Positions 13,109-25,467 of a stretch of 64,000 bases of DNA are shown in pieces (position 1 is the first letter of the stretch; each line of letters starts with the position of its first letter). This DNA comes from the human T2T-CHM13v2.0 reference genome, Homo sapiens. The stretch is from assembly GCF_009914755.1 (NCBI RefSeq), contig NC_060933.1; one strand, 5' to 3'. The notes below the pieces were generated by a model. That model saw nothing but the letters and a program-made list of their open reading frames with translations, did no database searches and was not told where the DNA came from. The position numbers and the translations under genes are program-made.

Positions 13109-16100
13109 TTAACATGTTTAAATATGTTAAGTAGATATAAGTTGAGTTCCTAGTTAACACCCTACATGTAAGCCTCTCAGTCTATGGGTGATAGATATTA
13201 GACAAGTAACTATGCACTCGGAGGCCTTGAATAGTAACATCTAGAACTGGAAAGCAAAGTGAGGATTACAGTTGGAAATCAATTAGAGTTGAGGAACTCA
13301 CTGATGAATAGGTTATATATGCCGCCCAGGCAGAGACAGTGAAGAAAAGAGAAAAGAACACAATCTTGTGAAACTATCGCAGCAAAAGTGGCATATCAAA
13401 ATAGAGAGATAAGCCAGAGATTAATTCCTGGGGGTACCTGGGGTTAAAAAGTAAGGCATAACAATTCCTCAGGACACCTGAATCGGTTCTCAGTTCAAAT
13501 GCAGATGTCCCAGAGTGCTATAACTCAGGGGTACCTCCCTCAATCTGGGCAACCAGAAGTGTCTGTAGACTCGGTGCAACGGTGGAAGAGGGTAGTGCAG
13601 GTGCAGCAGCACAGTGATGTACGCTCCTCTCTTATGCCTAACGAGTGAAACTATCCCAGAAAAGTTCTAAGGCCGTGAGGCTGGTTAAGATAAAGAAAAT
13701 AGAATATTTTGGATAAAGCTTCCTGCAAACTGCTTTCATTCAATCATCAAATGTTTACGGAGCACCACTCTTCCTCTTAATACCTACTCTTAGCATGCCA
13801 AGAACTGCTAAGTACTCAATAAGTTCATCCCAAAGAAGATTCATCCCAAATACATAGATCCAAGATAACTGAAACAAAAAGACATTTTTAAAGACATTGA
13901 GACAACAGAAGCTGTTCTCAAAAAAATTTTTTAACTATGGAAAAGTCAATTTGACAACTATGAAAGACTACAGTAACTGGATCTCAAATTTTGTCCGGTT
14001 TATGCTATTGTTTTAAAAAATGAAACCGGTAATTTAACATGCAAATTTCCAGAATTTAGAAAAAGTTACATAGTTTATTTCAATTTTACTAAACTTAAGT
14101 AGCAGAAATCTTTAAAATATGGCTTTCTATTCTCCTCATCACAATTGATAAAACAGGAAAACATAACTGGAAAAGGGAACTAATTCAGAACAGATGTCAG
14201 GGAAGAATTTTTCCAGTAGTGAACTATAAACATGCAGAATAAATACTGGAAAATGTATTATGGTAAAAAAATCAGAATCAGTTACTAATTGCATGATCTA
14301 AAGAGGAAACCAGATACCTAAATATGTAGAATAGGCATTTAAAAAATAGATAAACCATGTTTTCACTATCTAAACCTAACTAAAATGATACCTCAACCTG
14401 TAATCTGTTAAAATTCAGATACTTCCCAATGCCTACAAAGTGAGCTCTTATTTATCTATAAAGGTCTATCCATCCACAAACCTAACAAGTTTGCAAATAG
14501 AGCCTACTGTATTCATCCTGGTTGTTTTGCCATTTTTTTTTTTCAACTTAACACCTACTTGGTACTTTCCTTGTGATCTGCCTTCTCACTATTTCACTAT
14601 TTATTTACACTCCGAAGGGAGATGTAGACTTGCAACCCCACCATCATCAAGCCTTTTCTAGAAAGAAGCAGAAAAAGGACAGTTCTGCCTCCACTGCTAC
14701 ACTTAAGAAATGGTTTGTGCTTTGCATGCAGTGAGGATCAGAAAGGAACTGAAGAGGAGCAAACAACAGAATCCATTCCAATGAAAGTTTGCTAATTTGT
14801 ATGAAGTCAATTTGTGACTCATCCATATTCAAATGAAGGCACAAAAACAAATTCCAAAGCTAAATATAAAATGACTTTTGGACTATCCAGGTTTCTGCTC
14901 ATTTCTACTTCATGGACAGAAGGCTGTGATGCTGGCAGCATTAACTCTCTCAGGCCACCAAGATCCCACTCAGTGGCTATAGTTCATTACCATGCAGGCC
15001 AAAGCAGTTTAATATAACATTACTACTAAAAGCACATGTATTGTATACAAGACAGTTTGTAAGTCTCCTGGCCATAGCAATCACTTTAGGAGACCAGGGC
15101 ACAGCTGATTCACAATATTTAATGTGTCTAAAAAAGCATTCAACTTTAGAACTTGAAATTTCCTTAAAGATCATAAAGTGAGCCCAACACTATCATTTTA
15201 CAAATAATATTTAGGCCCCCCGAAAAGATGAACTTACCCAAGGCTGGGCACCTTCATGGCAGCAAAGCCAGACCCAGGCCTCTGAGAAGCAGTCTAGTAC
15301 TTTTTGTGATATATAGCATCTCACTGTTGGAGAATATGCTGAAGGAACTGAACTTGTATGTGAGGCAATCTTTTTGGTTTTTTTCAGAGTGGAAATGATG
15401 GGAAAGGGTTATGCAGTTATATTTGGAAAGAGGTATTTACTTCATCCATCAACTCTAGTTAAAAGGCAGATCTTGTTTCGTAGGCATAAATAATATCCTG
15501 AATTGGTTTATCACACATGAATAATAACTTTTCTCCCCCAGATTATTGAGGTCTTCCAGAGTTTACCAATGATTGAGGAAAACATGACTAAGAAATAAAC
15601 TATCTTTTTAACCAGACTGCAAGCCTGTCCTGACTCTTATTATTTCTAATGGATGAAAAGACATTATTTAATGAGATTTTAAAGTATTATTGGCACTTAT
15701 ACTATTAAGTAATCTTTCCATCTCAGGTTTCTACTTTTTCCAAAATTTTCTACAATTAGAAAGTCTTTCCTGATCTACTATGTTACTTTCTCCTTGTTAA
15801 AGTAAACTTTAATATTCAGTCATTGATATTAATATTCAATCATATTGAGCTTCTATCTAAAAATTCTAAAAAATCGTAATCCAAAATTGTTTTGCTCATT
15901 TTACTTCTGCATATAGTAGCATGCAAACCTATTTCAATATATTTTGGAAAAGATGAGATTCAAGAATTTTCATATTTAATTGGTTATACAAAAATGTCAC
16001 GGTTCGCAATTTTCCAAACCTTAAAAACTTTTTTCTAAAAGAAGTTGATATTAACATTTCCTAGCCTACAGCATCTAGTTCATAAGTGAGAGAAAGCAGC

Positions 16101-16370
16101 ATAAGAGAAAGTACAAATAGAGGGGAAAGAGGTTAGAATTAGAGTCAAACCAAAAGTCTATCAGGAAAAAAAAAATCATAGCAAATCTTCCTACACAGAT
16201 ACAATAGATAAAGACAAACTGCCATTTTCTTGTTATCACCACGCAGCTGTCTGGGCTTGTGGCAGGCACCTTGATAAAGTATGTTCTATCTGGAGTATCA
16301 AGTTGAAGTAAAGAAAGCAACCAATAAATAAACTTATACATGCCCACTCGTGCCAAAAATACCCTATTCC

Positions 16371-16659
<289 letters not shown>

Positions 16660-18338
16660 CACTAATCCATATAATTTGTTACTTATAATATGGCTATTCT
16701 CTCTATTCATATCCAAATTAAAGGAGGCAATATTTTATGGACATTTACTGTCCATATCGAACATTCTTAGGTGCCACAGGGATTTCAAAGATGTGTGGGG
16801 TATGCTTTTGAAGCTTACACTTTGACAAGGGAATAGACCATGGACACAAGAGCACAAAAAGAAGGCAGAAAAATAAGAACTTTGTGAAAGACTCTGTGAA
16901 AGACTTTGTAAAGTAAATCTGAGTTCACTTCTTGGGCTAGTTTTAGAGGAAGAGTAAATTTCAATTAGTGGAGAAGAAGAGGAAGGAGGGGATGCCATAA
17001 AAAGGAAAACTATCAACAAATGTGGGAGGTTGAAAGGAAGTTTGAAGAACAGTGAGAACACCAGTTTGACTAGGACAGGAAAATTCTGTGGAAATAAAAG
17101 AGGCTCTAGGTTTGATTTTGGAGAAAATATCCAGCTGCTGAAGACTTTTGAGGCCAGAAGTTATATAACAAAATCTAAATTTTAGGAAGACTAATCTGGC
17201 AATGATGGAATTGATAACGAATGGCAAGCATGTAGGTCAGATAGAAACTTACTATAATGATTGCAGGTTACTGAGCCAGGTACATCTCGTGTATAAATCA
17301 ATGTCAGCTGAAGTTACTAAATTTTATATATGTACCTTAAATATAGTATAGAACTTCTACATTGATTCCACAAAACTTGAACTTACAATTTTTTACTTTT
17401 CTTTCCTGTTTTCACCCTAGGTAACAACTTCTGGCTTAGAATTTTTATTTCACCATTCCTCACCCAATATTTGCATTAATAAGAAATCATCATCTCTATA
17501 TATTAGTAAAAGCAATAAGATTATACGTCTTTACTTCATCAGAAGAGCATTTAAAGCAATTTAAAACAATTGCTTTATATCACACATAAGTTTCCCCCAA
17601 ATTTCATATTTTATTTTCTAAGAGAAATAGTTCTTTCTTGCAGGCAGATTAGGCCTACAAATCCAAAACAAAATGAAAGGTAACTATCCAGTGAATCCGT
17701 AATGGTTAATTTAGATACTTCTTTAACAGGCTGGCTGCTATAAGCATCATGAAAGCAGAAACTTAACTTCGTGTATGTAAACTAGTGACATATAAATGTC
17801 TCTCTTCTGTTATAGAAGAAGGACTGAGCCAAGAAAGTTTTCAACGTTTCACAGATTAAGGTAGTCTTATTTGATTTCCTAAAAGAAGAGATAAAAAAGT
17901 TAATAAAATTTTTTAAAAAGGAAATTGAGATTACTGAAATAGTCACATTACATGTGCCTTACAGAATATTATGCCTGGTTTCTAATAAATCCGACTTTTG
18001 AAAAGGAATAGAGCAGTAGATACTAATTCAAAAAAAAAAAAAAGACTCGAGAAAAACTAATTCTGTTTGGGTCACCTAAAGAACAGCATACGTTTAGGGA
18101 CATAGGATTAAGCAGAGGATGGTGTCTCCGTCTACGAGACAGCTGTGTCTCTGCTTCCATGAATTTCCATTTGAGTTTCAAAAGGCTGCCACTCAGTGAC
18201 CTCTCCAGCAGTCAGTCCCCCTTCCTACCCCGAGAAGCACTGAGCCACGAACAGTTGATTGGCTCAGGGAGGTCAGACAACAGCCCTCAGTCTAACAGAG
18301 CAGTCCAGGAACAGATATTGGCCACTTGATAGGAAGAA

Positions 18339-18425
18339 AAGGATGTAAAGGAGTAAGGATGTAAAGGAAGGAACGGATGTAAAGGAGTGAGGCTGTAAAA
18401 AACAGAAAAGGATGTAAAGGAAGGT
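18339..18425. repeat. Degenerate purine-rich minisatellite, core GGATGTAAAGGA, ~5 copies
   Basis: Core at 18341, 18357, 18375, 18391 (degenerate) and 18410. Confidence 0.8.
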
Positions 18426-19129
18426 GGAGGGGAGAAGGGAGGAGGATGCACAGAAGTAACCAAGATAGAGGTCCAGAAGACACACCCACTCAAAGAGAGG
18501 AAACTTTGCTTGGAGGTTCTCAGCCAGGGAGAAGAGTTTTTTTGTTTTGTTTTGTTTTAAATTTAGGTAAACAAGGATACTGCTTTGAAACGGTCACTGG
18601 AGCCCAACTCATATGAACAATTTAGCAGCTTTATAACAACCCTGAGTGGGCAAGGACCTTTCATACATATTAACATTTAGAAAATGTAGTTTATTGAATA
18701 AATTCATTGAAAGATGTCATGTTTCCTAAAAACTGTACCTAATTTTAGGGTTCCTGCTTACAGTGATTCCAGTTCTACATGAGAGTTTTAATTGAAGGAG
18801 GATTAGGGGGGTGAGGGAGGTGCAGAACACAAATGAAATTTTTACAGCATGGAAATAAAAGTATTTTTAAATCTTCTTGGGGGTGAAGAGTTAGGCAAGA
18901 AGTAATACGTGGAAACTGTCAAGTGCTTCTCTACACATCCACCCACCAGATACCATCGCAGCCGGCTGGGGGAGTCTCCCTCTTCTTGCCTGACAGCTTC
19001 ACTTTCTTTGAGATCTGGAGCTGGTGATCACACTGGCCCGTCATGGTATTTTCAGTTAACAAAGCAGTTACTCAACGGGGCAAAAAGCCACAAAGGAGCA
19101 GAGCAGCTGCTGCTGCACCCGTGATGCAA

Positions 19130-20050
19130 GTGCAGGATGAGCCCCGGGCCGCCACCGCCGCCTCGGCTCCTCCGTGACGTCCGGGAAGGGTATCCCCGGC
19201 ACTCAGGAAGTGGTGGCCGCGGGCAGCTCCGCCCCCACGCGACTCGGGGCTGGCCGAGCTGCCGGGTGGTAGAACCGCCGGGCCTTCCGCAGGGCGGGCG
19301 GGGATCACCGTCTCCCCACCTCCGTGCGCACACACATGCACGGGCCTCGCGCCCCGCTGTCGCCCGCGCCTCGCCCTGCTCACTTCTCACAGCCCGCGCC
19401 GGACGAAGAGAGCCGCCAGCGCCCCCCCTCTCTCCCACGGCTCGCACCCACTCACCCCGACCCCCGGCGCCGAGCCCGGCCCCTCGTCGCCGGTCACCAG
19501 ACCTGGTCGAACCGAGTCCAAGATGGCGACTCCGCCCCCGCCCCCTCCGCACTCCCGGCGGGGTCAGGGCGCCCCCTCACGCGGCGGGCTCGCGCCCGAG
19601 ACCCGGCTAAAAATAGCCAGGCCCGACTATATTTGGTTCGGCCGGATCCTGGCGCGGCCGCGCGCTCCCCGCCCCGCCCCGCCCCGCCCCGCGCGCCCTG
19701 CCCCGCCCCGCGCGGCGTTGAATGGAGAAGGGGCGGGGGTGACCGAGGGGAACCTACTCCGCTATCTGCGGCGCGCGCCGGCGGCGGGTCCCGGCCAACC
19801 GCCGAATTTAGTAACATCGCCTGCGTCAATCACGCGCCTCGCGTGCGTCAGCGCCGCGCGGCTCCAGGTCCTGCTCCCCCCCTTCAAGCCTTTGAATGGA
19901 TACAATGTAGCAGCGCCCTCCTTCCTTCCGAGGCTGGATTGGAACCCGCCGCAGTGCAGAGACTCGGTTGCTCTCGGCTGGGTCAACTTTCGGGGCATTC
20001 TCCCACGATCCTCTCCGCACCACCGTGTCTGAATTGGAAGTGGAGGCGAA
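19130..20050. promoter_or_regulatory. Upstream CpG island; candidate divergent promoter/enhancer
   Basis: Very GC/CpG-rich; YY1-type CAAGATGGCG (~19519-19528); MEF2 CTAAAAATAG (19607-19616) and CTATATTTGG (19627-19636); (CCCCG)5 GC boxes (19667-19691); TGCGTCA at 19822 and 19844; TGACGTC at 19175. Confidence 0.8.
19456..19550 (-). ncRNA. Candidate first exon of a divergent lncRNA
   Basis: Consensus minus-strand donor GGG|GTGAGT (plus-strand ACTCAC 19450-19455) a short way inside the island, downstream (minus sense) of the MEF2/GC boxes and YY1 motif; no credible ORF; TSS position inferred. Confidence 0.45.
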
Positions 20051-21324
20051 GAAAGATATACATGCCATATTTACCTATATGTAGTTTGTTTTCAAGTTTC
20101 TGGTCCTAGCTCGAACCTTCTTCGATTCTGAAATGTGTGCTGTCTACAAAGGAATCTTGTATCTCCCCTCGGCGCAGCGCCCCCCGCCCCCGCCACACAC
20201 ACACAAATTGGGACAGGTCAAACATATAAAACGGTATTTGTGATTCAAGCGGACCACATGGGGACCACTCTATCTGCATTGTTTCACTCAAATATTTTCT
20301 CCTGTCCAAAAATTCATTTCTGAAAGAGACTGCGTTCACTCAGCAGCAACCTTTGGGACTAGGGGTCTTTAACTCTGATAAATTTTGTTTTCATCAAGAA
20401 ATTTACACTTAAATTTATCATTTCCAGGAAGAAATTGCTCTCCTTCATACAGTCACCCAGGCTTTCGGCACACCATTTCATGACAAATGTGTCCGAGGAG
20501 ACCAAAGCAAATCCCCTAGCGAGGGACTGACTAATAAGTCCTGTTGATTGATTTCGAAATGTTTAATTTGGGAGATGTGGGCGGAGGGCATCTACAACCA
20601 TCAAAAAGTGAAAGTGCTAGTTGAGAGTTCCATTTCTGACCCGGTGCCGGGGAGGAGGAATGATTTGCAATAGTCAGACCCGCTCAGCTGTTCAACACGT
20701 GTGTGTTTGTTTTACACACAGAGTAGTTTCTGCTGCAGCGCGCGTGTGCATGATGGATGTGCACTTCGCTGGGTTATAACGTGTCCAGTTAAGAAACCCA
20801 CGCCGTACGTGTAAAGAAATCAAACCTTATCCCCGGAACCATCTGCATCCCTGTGTGAAACACGCACCCAGTAAATGATGCGGGGAGGGGGGATTAGCCT
20901 GGGCGCAGAGGACCGGAGCAACGTAAACAGCTTTAGAACCTATGCAAGAGGAAAGTGCAGCTGCACCTCAGGGCGTCTTCGGGCTGGTGCCAGACGCCTT
21001 CTGCACCGGCTGCCAGGTCACTGGAGCTGGTCAGAAGCTGGCTGGCGGAGCCTTCCCTTTCGGAAGAGCTGTCCTCTCCCTTACCCCCCTCGCCCTGGCT
21101 CCGTGCCTCGGGGCAGCCTCGGAGGCGCGCCAGCAGCACTCCTCCAACTCTACTCCACCCGAGCCTGACAGCTGGGCGGTCCCGCCTGACCCGTGGGCAG
21201 GCCGCTGCACCCTCCCGCAGACGCACGCCCTGGCGAGCGGTTCCGCTGCAAAAAGAGAAGCCCCCAGGCCGGGGCCGGCCGTGCGGCGGAGTTTCCATTG
21301 TGCGGCCGTGCGACTGGCCGAGGA

Positions 21325-21360
21325 ACGCGCGCGCGCGCGCGCGCACACGAACACACACAC
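21325..21360. repeat. (CG)9 followed by CA repeats; alternating purine-pyrimidine tract
   Basis: ACGCGCGCGCGCGCGCGCGCACACG (21325-21349), then AACACACACAC. Confidence 0.95.
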
Positions 21361-21410
21361 CCTCCCTCGCACACGCGGAACCGGCTGGGCCAGGGGAGGG
21401 AGGAGGAGGG

Positions 21411-21502
21411 TGACGTAGCGTCCCATGGCGTCACATTGACGTCTCGCATTCCAGGCACTCTATGGAGAGGCCGCTAGGGCTCCTGTGGCATAAATGACGT
21501 GC
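21411..21502 (+). promoter_or_regulatory. NR4A3: NR4A3 proximal promoter: three CRE-like sites, CATAAA TATA-like box, fourth TGACGT
   Basis: TGACGTAG 21411-21418, TGGCGTCA 21426-21433, TGACGTCT 21437-21444, CATAAA 21489-21494, TGACGTGC 21495-21502; fits the known CREB-driven immediate-early induction of NOR-1. Confidence 0.9.
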
Positions 21503-21519
21503 CGAGAGAGCGAGCGAAC

Positions 21520-22042
21520 GCGCAGCCGGGAGAGCGGAGTCTCCTGCCTCCCGCCCCCCACCCCTCCAGCTCCTGCTCCTCCTCCGCTCCCCATACACAG
21601 ACGCGCTCACACCCGCTCCCTCACTCGCACACACAGACACAAGCGCGCACACAGGCTCCGCACACACACTTCGCTCTCCCGCGCGCTCACACCCCTCTTG
21701 CCCTGAGCCCTTGCCGGTGCAGCGCGGCGCCGCAGCTGGACGCCCCTCCCGGGCTCACTTTGCAACGCTGACGGTGCCGGCAGTGGCCGTGGAGGTGGGA
21801 ACAGCGGCGGCATCCTCCCCCCTGGTCACAGCCCAAGCCAGGACGCCCGCGGAACCTCTCGGCTGTGCTCTCCCATGAGTCGGGATCGCAGCATCCCCCA
21901 CCAGCCGCTCACCGCCTCCGGGAGCCGCTGGGCTTGTACACCGCAGCCCTTCCGGGACAGCAGCTGTGACTCCCCCCCAGTGCAGATTTCGGGACAGCTC
22001 TCTAGAAACTCGCTCTAAAGACGGAACCGCCACAGCACTCAA
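21520..22042 (+). other. NR4A3: NR4A3 exon 1 (5' UTR); TSS approximate
   Basis: Begins ~30 nt after CATAAA; ends at CTCAA|GTACGT donor (GT 22043-22044); matches my recollection of the NR4A3 mRNA leader. Confidence 0.8.
21875..22018 (+). other. uORF, 47 aa (MSRDRSIPHQPLTASGSRWACTPQPFRDSSCDSPPVQISGQLSRNSL*)
   Basis: Only AUG I find in exons 1-2 after the inferred TSS; weak context cccATGa; TAA at 22016-22018; translation not demonstrated. Confidence 0.55.
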
Positions 22043-22380
22043 GTACGTATGAGATTCGCCCAGTTAATAAGGGGACTTGCTAAAAAAGTTGGCTTGCTGG
22101 GAAGCGTCGCTCCTGAAATTGACAACTTTGAGTGTGGGGTTCCCTCCCCTGACCTTGCCGCCCGGCTCCGGCTTTGCTAGCCCAGCGGCCCGTAGGTTCT
22201 GATCTGAAACTTTTCCCCTGTAGTGGGCCCGCGGGGATCTCTGGAGCTCGTGGGATTCCTCCCCCCACTCGAAGAGGCGAAAAGCCTCTAACAAAGAGGA
22301 GGACCGGGATTTGTGCTATAGCGGCTCCAGCGATGTAATTCAGGGTATTTCGGCTCTAGTTGTCATGGTAATGATGCTCT

Positions 22381-22416
22381 CGGCGGCGGCGGCGGCGGCG
22401 GCAGCGGCAGCGGCAG
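22381..22416. repeat. (CGG)7 CAG CGG CAG CGG CAG trinucleotide tract in intron 1
   Basis: Read directly from the sequence. Confidence 0.95.
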
Positions 22417-25293
22417 GGAGTTGCAGCTCCGGTGATGAACGGCAGTAATTTTCCTGCCTTTTAAGTAGGATTGAAAATAGGAGCTCTGGTGGGTCCAAGT
22501 AAATGTTGCTAATGGTGGCACCGAGCTGGTTCTCTGGAAGGAAGCTTAGGAGGGAAGGGCCTAGGCAGCGACGGCCAGAGTTTGCAGACGCACTCGGAGG
22601 ACCTCAGGAAAGAGGGCGTAATTGTAGGAATGTGGCTTATTGTATTGAAATGAGCCTGGGGTTCCACTAGGCACGTCTGCCTGTCGTCGCTGACATGCCG
22701 GTTTACACTTTTCCCTTAGGAGGTAAATCGGGTGTAATTGGCGACTCCCGCACACTGACACGTGTGGGGACGGTGTCCCTCTCCTCTGGACGTTGGCTCG
22801 GTGTGGGAAAGGCATGCTTTTTCACGGACAGAACTCGCGCTTTTGGAGAAGTTGCTCCGAGTGTTTTACTCTTAGTAGAAATGAAAGTTCTCGGTGGTGA
22901 GACGAGAGCGGTCATGCGAGCGCAGCCTGCGGAGACTGACTTCCAAAGGCACCTCTCCAACCTGTTGGAAGCCTCGGGGCAGTGGTGAGGAAGAACGCAT
23001 TTGTCCCTTGATTTCCAAAAACGTTCTTGGAGATTGCCTTTTATTTATTTATGCGTCCGGATTCTCCAGAGGGAAGAGCTGCGAGGAGTTAGTAATCAGA
23101 AATGTCGGGCTGTGATCCCAGGGCCTTGTGGTGCTGGGAGAGAAGAACAGGGAGCCGTCATTCCATCGCGAGTCCAGTGCCGGATCTCCTTTTCCCACGA
23201 CCGGGAAATATTTTATAGAATCAAGTTAGGGAAAGAAAAAGCTGCCTAACGTGGCTGATGGGCACAATGAATGAAGTTACTTTATTCGAGTTATTTTCGC
23301 TGAACAAGATGCTCGCAGAGTTAGTATCAAAGCCTCCTTAGGCCACAGCAACCTCCACGTCCGCTCCGCCCCCCACCCCCCGGCACCCATCCACCCCTTT
23401 GCCTGGGACCGTGCGCTCACAGAAATTCTTCCCCGCGGTTTGTCTAGTCTCCCTCGGTCTTTCTGAGAATCTCAGTCTTTCCCTTTCTGTCAGTCTCTCC
23501 CTCGCTCCTCTTGCCCCCGCCCAACCTCCGCCCCCGCTCCCCAGGGTTGGAAACTCCGCAGAGGAGCCCCGGTCACAATGGTGCGTTTCACGGTTTCCTC
23601 CACACACTTCACCACCGGGAGGGGAACACGGGGGTGTTCCTTTCGTCTGCCCACGAGAAAGAAAGGGGCTTTGACAGAGGTAGTTATTTCTTCCTAATTT
23701 ACAACCCCAAGGCTCTGTGCTCCCGGCCCCGGCGGCCGCAAGCAGGAGCGGCGGAACGTGTTTCCAGGCACTGAGGCTTTGCCTAGGTAACCGGCCGCTT
23801 GTGGGGTGGAGAGAGCGGCGGGGCGCTGGGCTGGGCTGGAGGAAAGGCTGTGTGGGTCCCTCCCGCGAACGCTGGGCGCTCGAGGGGAACTCCTTCGTTG
23901 GGGAGAGGCGGTCCCCGCCCACCCGAGTTCTGAGGCCTCCTCTCAGAGAACGACTCCGCTTGAAAGGCCCTCAGGGAATGCGGGACGGGAATGCGGGCAC
24001 CCACTGAAGGGGCGGGTGGGGGATTGCTGGAGACCCCCATTGAAGATGCGGGGAGACGGGAAGCACGTGCTACAGCCGTGGGAAGATCCGCTTCTACCCG
24101 CGCTACATCGAGCGCAAGCTTTCCGTCCGAGCAGCTCCAGCTGGGGCTGGGGGTGGCAAGGGAATCCCCCATTTCCTGGTCGTCGAGGGTTTCCTGGACC
24201 TGGGAGCCCCGAGTCCCTTTCTCTCTTCCTGCAGGCAAGCCCCGGGCTCAGGGGCGCCAGGAGATGACCCTCGTGGCCCCGCGCACCTCGGAGGTTTTTG
24301 GTTTGGTTTGATTTGGGGTTTTTCGGTCCCTGTTCCCACTCTTCGAGCTGCGCCCACCCCGGGCAAAGGGGGCGCTATAGGCCGGAGTTTGGGCACCCAG
24401 TTCCTTCCCTGAGGCCTGCTGAGCTGCGCTTTCAGCTACAAAGTTTCGCTGAGGCTGTGGGCTGAGACGCTGGTCCCGGAGCTGCGCTCGGCGCCCTCAG
24501 GAATGTGCCCCCGCTAGGCCGCTGGGTGGCCAGGAGCCTCCAAGCCGCCCACCCTCGAAGACACCGCCCTCTGGGTGCAGGGGACCTGCCTCCGCTCGTC
24601 CCATCAGCCGCTAACGCCGTCCGCTTCGTCCCCTTGCTTCCAGCGCCAGCCTTCTCATCGCTGTGCCCTTTTGTTTGCTTGACCCCTGGCCCTCGAAACT
24701 CGCGGCTAATAGAAGCGAAGCTCCATTAGCATTTAGAATGAAAAGCGCAGACTTTCTTAATTCCTCGGGGCATTCATGCATTCGTTCCGGACCTTGTGCA
24801 TTTCCTATGCAACGTGTAAAATTTGTATTTGAGGGGTGGGGGCGGGCGGAGCTGGAAAATGGCTTTTTTCCGCTGGTGAACACTCACTGACCCCCCGTAT
24901 TCGGGCGGAGCTCGTTCCTCAAGTGTTCTGCTTTCTTTGGTTTTCCTGACTTCGTAAGCTCGGAATCAATTGTGGGGGCAGAGAGATCAATTTCTGGGCA
25001 ATAACAGGCTGCGCGTTTTTTTTTTAGCCTCGGTTTTGGTGCCACAAAACGGTGGTAGGCGCAGTGGGTTCCAACAACCTTTCCTCGGCTTCCCCGAGGC
25101 CGTGTGATGCTTCTTGCCCAGGGGGACTCCTGTACCATTAATCACCCTTAATTTTACGATAATTCTTTGTAATTAATGTAACATTTCTAGAGGTTGCCAA
25201 CCAATTCCCCCAGTCCCCAATGCGCCCAGCCCGGGCCGTAGTGACCCATCCTGGTCTCACTGTGACCTATGTCCTCTTTCACCTTGCCTGTAG

Positions 25294-25467
25294 AGCCCAC
25301 TGCGGAAGAGGGCAGCCCGGCAAGCCCGGGCCCTGAGCCTGGACCCTTAGCGGTGCCGGGCAGCACTGCCGGCGCTTCGCCTCGCCGGACGTCCGCTCCT
25401 CCTACACTCTCAGCCTCCGCTGGAGAGACCCCCAGCCCCACCATTCAGCGCGCAAGATACCCTCCAG
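25294..25467 (+). other. NR4A3: NR4A3 exon 2 (5' UTR, 174 nt)
   Basis: Acceptor TCCTCTTTCACCTTGCCTGTAG|AGCCC; donor CTCCAG|GTAGGT. Confidence 0.88.

Noticed and set aside
18111-18155. Short hairpin with alternative pairings (AGCAGAG/CTCTGCT; TGTCTC/GAGACA/TGTCTC)
   Set aside because: Stems of only 6-7 bp and too short for a pre-miRNA; expected by chance in 64 kb
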